NCBI GenBank assembly: GCA_905478765.1
Contig: CAJQJY010000012.1
Coordinates: 66,540-130,539 of the forward strand
Length of the DNA stretch: 64,000 nucleotides
Reading direction: 5' to 3'
From: an uncultured Flavobacteriales bacterium
GTDB lineage: Bacteria > Bacteroidota > Bacteroidia > Flavobacteriales > BACL11
Shown here: one piece after another, positions 60,219-64,000 of the stretch
Layout: each line of letters begins with the position of its first letter
Numbering within the stretch: the first letter of the stretch is position 1
Translations under genes and position numbers: made by a program
Notes under the pieces: model-generated
Database searches by the model: none
What the model was told of the DNA's origin: nothing
Seen by the model: only the letters and a program-made list of their open reading frames with translations

Positions 60219-60725
60219 ATGAGTGATGAAATTGTAAATAGAGTAGCAAATAGTGCCTTAATCGCTATTGATTTAGCAGACTATGCTCCTAGTCAATCTA
60301 TTGCTGTTTTAGATGTAAAGGATTTTCTTTTTCAAGAGATTATCCTAAAGGAAAAAGAATTCAGAGCCAATTTAAAAGAATTTGATTTTTCCATCTACCA
60401 AGACAAAATTATAGCAATAAATTGTAGCTCAGATGCCATTGTGCCTATGTGGGCTTTTATGCTAGTTACTTCTTACTTGAAGGGTATTGCTAGCAAAATC
60501 CATTTTGGAAAAAAAGAGGATGTATTTCAGCAAATATTCACTGCTAATATTGATGCTATTGATAGCACAGAATTTGAAAGTAAAAAAGTGATTGTAAAAG
60601 GTTGTGGACAAGTTCCTTTAAGCGCTTCACTTTATATGGCAATTACCAAAAAATTGCAAGATACCGTAAGTAGTCTAATGTTTGGGGAGGCTTGTTCGGC
60701 TGTTCCCGTTCTTAAAAATAAATAA
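60219..60725 (+). CDS. DUF2480 family protein
   Basis: EIVNRVANS.L..IDL, CSSDAIVPMWA, KGC, SLMFGEACS.VP. Confidence 0.85.
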   Translation: MSDEIVNRVANSALIAIDLADYAPSQSIAVLDVKDFLFQEIILKEKEFRANLKEFDFSIYQDKIIAINCSSDAIVPMWAFMLVTSYLKGIASKIHFGKKEDVFQQIFTANIDAIDSTEFESKKVIVKGCGQVPLSASLYMAITKKLQDTVSSLMFGEACSAVPVLKNK

Positions 60726-61465
60726 TGAATAAAAATATTCAACACATAAACACTCAGATTGCTGAGCACAAAAGAGATGTAGTAAATCATCCGTTATACA
60801 GCCAACTTAACACCATTGAGGATGTTCAAAAACTAATGGAAGTTCATGTATATGCTGTTTGGGACTTTATGTCCTTGTTAAAAGGATTACAAATTGAATT
60901 GACTAGCACTACTCTTCCTTGGAAACCTATTGGGGACAATAAAATAAGAAGGCTGATTAACTCTATTGTGCTGGAAGAGGAAAGTGATGTTGATGCAGAT
61001 GGGAACCCTGCCTCACACTATGAAATGTACTTGGATGCAATGAAAGAATGTGGTGCCAATACTACAGAAATTGAAAACTTTGTAGATAGCATTACTGATA
61101 TTAACTTGCCTAAAGTTAATACCGCTATTGATTCCTTTTTAGCTACCACTTTTGATGTATTAAAAACTGGAGAAGCCCATAAAATTGCATCTGCTTTTAC
61201 TTTTGGTCGTGAGGATTTAATACCAGATATGTTTACCGCAATTGTAAACGATTTAAGTAAAGAACATACTATAGATAAGTTTGTGTATTACCTTGAAAGG
61301 CACATAGAGTTAGATGGTGGAGAGCACGGCCCATTAGCCCTGCAACTTATTGCTGATTTATGTGGGGATGACAGACAAAAATGGAAAGAAGTAGAACAAA
61401 CTGCTAAGGATTGTTTAGTGGCCCGTAAAGCATTATGGGATGTAGTTTTAAGTAACTTAAATTAA
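60725..61465 (+). CDS. DUF3050 family protein, probable heme-oxygenase-like diiron enzyme
   Basis: HPLY, HVYAVWDFMSLLK, RRLIN.IVLEEESD, SHYEMY, FGREDLIP, YLERHIELDGGEHGP. Confidence 0.85.
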   Translation: MNKNIQHINTQIAEHKRDVVNHPLYSQLNTIEDVQKLMEVHVYAVWDFMSLLKGLQIELTSTTLPWKPIGDNKIRRLINSIVLEEESDVDADGNPASHYEMYLDAMKECGANTTEIENFVDSITDINLPKVNTAIDSFLATTFDVLKTGEAHKIASAFTFGREDLIPDMFTAIVNDLSKEHTIDKFVYYLERHIELDGGEHGPLALQLIADLCGDDRQKWKEVEQTAKDCLVARKALWDVVLSNLN

Positions 61466-61469
61466 ACTT

Positions 61470-62213
61470 TTACTTCCCCTCCTCATAAGTTTTAATAGAA
61501 TGCTCTACTGACTGATTGATTTGATTCAATTCTGTAGCTGTAAAATTACGGTATTCCCCAACAGGAATGTCTAGTTTAATATTCATAATTCTTACCCTTT
61601 TCAGCTTCCTAACATCATATTCTAAGTACTCACACATTCTTCTAATTTGGCGATTCAAACCTTGGGTAAGTATAATCTTGAATTTCTTTTTATCTGTTTG
61701 TTTTACAAAACATTTACGAGTAAAGGTATCCAAAATTGGCACTCCATTTCCCATAGCTTCAATAAATTCTTTTGTGATTGGCTTGCTAACGGTTACTTCA
61801 TATTCCTTCTCATGATTGTTTCTGGCGCGCAAAATCTTATTTACAATATCCCCATCATTCGTTAGAAAAATTAATCCTTCTGAAGGTTTGTCTAATCTTC
61901 CAATAGGGAAAATACGAGTAGGATAATTAATATAATCGATAATATTATTCTTTTCTCGCATCTGGTCAGTAGTACAAACAATACCCACTGGCTTATTGAA
62001 AGCAATATAAACCATCTTCTTCTTTTTAGCTCTGTGCACCACTTTTCCGTTTACACTTACCTGATCTTCATTAGAAACTTTTGTTCCCATTAAAGGAATT
62101 TCCCCATTTATTTTTACTCTTCCTTGGTCAATTAATTTATCAGCAGCACGCCTTGAGCAATACCCTATTTCTGATAAGAATTTATTGATTCTTGTAAGTT
62201 TATTTTCTTCCAT
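61470..62213 (-). CDS. rluF: 23S rRNA pseudouridine synthase (RluF/RsuA family)
   Basis: S4 domain RINKFLS..GYCSRR.AD; GRLD; GLNRQIRRMC. Confidence 0.9.
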   Translation of the reverse strand: MEENKLTRINKFLSEIGYCSRRAADKLIDQGRVKINGEIPLMGTKVSNEDQVSVNGKVVHRAKKKKMVYIAFNKPVGIVCTTDQMREKNNIIDYINYPTRIFPIGRLDKPSEGLIFLTNDGDIVNKILRARNNHEKEYEVTVSKPITKEFIEAMGNGVPILDTFTRKCFVKQTDKKKFKIILTQGLNRQIRRMCEYLEYDVRKLKRVRIMNIKLDIPVGEYRNFTATELNQINQSVEHSIKTYEEGK

Positions 62214-62329
62214 AATAAAATACAAAAATACATTAAATTATTGTTAACATCTCTTTTTAAAAATAACTAAATTCAAATGAGATATCCCTTATTGATTTTT
62301 TAGATTTGCCTAAACAAAAAAATAAACTA

Positions 62330-64000
62330 ATGACTAAGAAATTTTTATCAATCGTAATGGCAGGATTCTTCTCATTTACAGCAATAGCTGATGAGGGAAT
62401 GTGGTTGCCACAACTTTTACAAGCAATGAATGAGAGCGATATGCAAGCTCACGGATTGCAATTAACTGCTGAGGATTTATACTCAGTAAACAACTCCTCC
62501 CTTAAGGATGCTATTGTTTCCTTGAACGGAGGAAGCTGTACCGGCGAGATGATCTCTTCAGAGGGATTAATGTTAACCAATCATCATTGTGCATTTGGTT
62601 CTATTCAAGAACATTCAAGTGTTAGTAACGACTATTTAAAAGATGGTTTTTGGGCAATGAGTCGTGATGAGGAATTACAAAATGAAGGCTTAACAGCTTC
62701 ATTCTTGGTAAGTATTGAAAATGTAACTGCTAGAGTAGTTGCTGAGCTTAATGCTGATATGACTGAGCAAGAAAGAAGAGCTAAAATTAGAGAAATCTCG
62801 AAAACTATTGTTGATGAATCTACTGAGGGTACGCATTACAATGCAAGGGTAAAATCATTCTTTGGTGGAAATGATTTCTACATTATGAAATATGAAACTT
62901 TTAAAGATGTAAGATTAGTAGGGGCGCCTCCATCAGCAATTGGAAAATTTGGTGGAGACACTGATAACTGGATGTGGCCAAGACACACTGGAGATTTTGC
63001 ACTTTACAGAATTTACTGTGCTCCTGATGGAACTCCAGCTGAGTACTCAGTTGAAAATATTGCTTATCAACCAAAACACCACTTACCAATCCAACTAAAT
63101 GGAGTTGAAAATGGTGACTATACTATGATTTTTGGTTTCCCTGGAAGCACTGACAGATACTTAACTTCTTATGGAGTAAAAGAAGCTTTAGATATTACGA
63201 ATCAAACTACTGTTGATATCCGTGATGAGAAGTTGGCAATTATGAAAGTTGGGATGGATGCTAGTAAAAGAACTAAGATCCAGTATGCTGCAAAATATGC
63301 GCAAACTTCTAACTATTGGAAATACTATATTGGTCAATCTAAAGGGTTAAAATCAATGAAGGTTTATGATAAAAAAGTTGCTATTGAAGATGAATTCAGA
63401 GCTTGGGTAGCTGAAGATGATGCAAGAATTGAAAAGTATGGTGAAGCTTTAGATTTAATAGAAAGCGCTTACAAAACAAATCAGAAAATTGCTTTAAACA
63501 GAACTTACTTGAATGAAGCTGTATTTATGGGGTCAGAAATTATGTACTGGTCGTTTAAAATGAACAGAGCAATTGCATCTTTACCTAAGGAAGGAAAAGA
63601 GAGAAATGTTGCTATTAGAGCAATTAAAAAAGAGGCAAAAGAATTCTATAAAGATTATAACATATCAGTTGATCAGGAATTATTTGCATCAATGCTTGAG
63701 ATGTACTACTACAATGTGCCTAAGACACAACATGCTCCTGTATTTAAGATAATTGAAAATCAATTATTTGGTTTCAAAAAGTTAGACTTTGATTGGTATG
63801 CTAAAAATACTTTTAAAAGATCAGTATTTTCTAGTAGAGATAAATTCTTTGCATTCTTAGAAAACCCATCTTCAAATAGAATTGAACGGGACCCTGCTTA
63901 CAAAACTATAATGTCAATTTACAACCAGTACATTGAGCAAATCTCTCCTAAAAGAGCAATTGTAAGAGAAGAATTAACTCAAGGAAACAGATTATTTATT
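62330..64000 (+). CDS. S46 family dipeptidyl peptidase (DPP7/DPP11-like), truncated by the window edge
   Basis: Not in the ORF track. Signal peptide then DEGMWLP; GSCTG..IS..GL.LTNHHC; GKFGGDTDNWMWPRHTGDF; GFPGST.RY. Promoter TAGATTTG at 62301-62308. Confidence 0.95.
   Translation, partial: MTKKFLSIVMAGFFSFTAIADEGMWLPQLLQAMNESDMQAHGLQLTAEDLYSVNNSSLKDAIVSLNGGSCTGEMISSEGLMLTNHHCAFGSIQEHSSVSNDYLKDGFWAMSRDEELQNEGLTASFLVSIENVTARVVAELNADMTEQERRAKIREISKTIVDESTEGTHYNARVKSFFGGNDFYIMKYETFKDVRLVGAPPSAIGKFGGDTDNWMWPRHTGDFALYRIYCAPDGTPAEYSVENIAYQPKHHLPIQLNGVENGDYTMIFGFPGSTDRYLTSYGVKEALDITNQTTVDIRDEKLAIMKVGMDASKRTKIQYAAKYAQTSNYWKYYIGQSKGLKSMKVYDKKVAIEDEFRAWVAEDDARIEKYGEALDLIESAYKTNQKIALNRTYLNEAVFMGSEIMYWSFKMNRAIASLPKEGKERNVAIRAIKKEAKEFYKDYNISVDQELFASMLEMYYYNVPKTQHAPVFKIIENQLFGFKKLDFDWYAKNTFKRSVFSSRDKFFAFLENPSSNRIERDPAYKTIMSIYNQYIEQISPKRAIVREELTQGNRLFI

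Noticed and set aside
1-64000. CRISPR arrays, tRNA/rRNA genes, IS elements, prophage, defence systems
   Set aside because: No regularly spaced repeats, T-loop/anticodon structures, transposases, integrases or defence domains seen by manual reading; tRNAscan-SE, Infernal and DefenseFinder would confirm.

Overview
AT-rich (roughly 30% GC by eye) chromosomal window from a Bacteroidota bacterium, most likely an uncultured Flavobacteriales. The assignment rests on T9SS PorP/SprF with a type-B CTD adhesin, many TAnnTTTG -7 promoters, Bacteroidota-type sdh, cox and nrdJ, and an S46 peptidase. Content is mostly housekeeping: the end of a surface-glycan cluster, a SprB-like adhesin with its PorP partner, aspS, a complete aa3-type cytochrome c oxidase operon with heme O/A synthases, queD/trhO, tdh-cysS, nadD-gmk-yicC, polA, lepA, purD/purQ, class II RNR, sdhCAB, thiL and an extended SUF operon. 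I found no rRNA, tRNA, CRISPR array, transposase or phage gene. Best leads: (1) a tandem pair of paralogous two-helix microproteins at 31.7-32.2 kb split by a terminator, with major/minor-subunit-like codon usage; (2) DUF2480 plus a diiron HDO-like DUF3050 coupled to the SUF operon; (3) a shared 23-bp Fur/PerR-like palindrome at the cox, sdh and suf promoters; (4) a VF530 gene broken at an A-AAA-AAG slippery site; (5) an unannotated, eroded comF pseudogene; (6) Pol I with all proofreading carboxylates lost; (7) a candidate ~80-nt sRNA. All family calls are from motif recognition; no database search was run.
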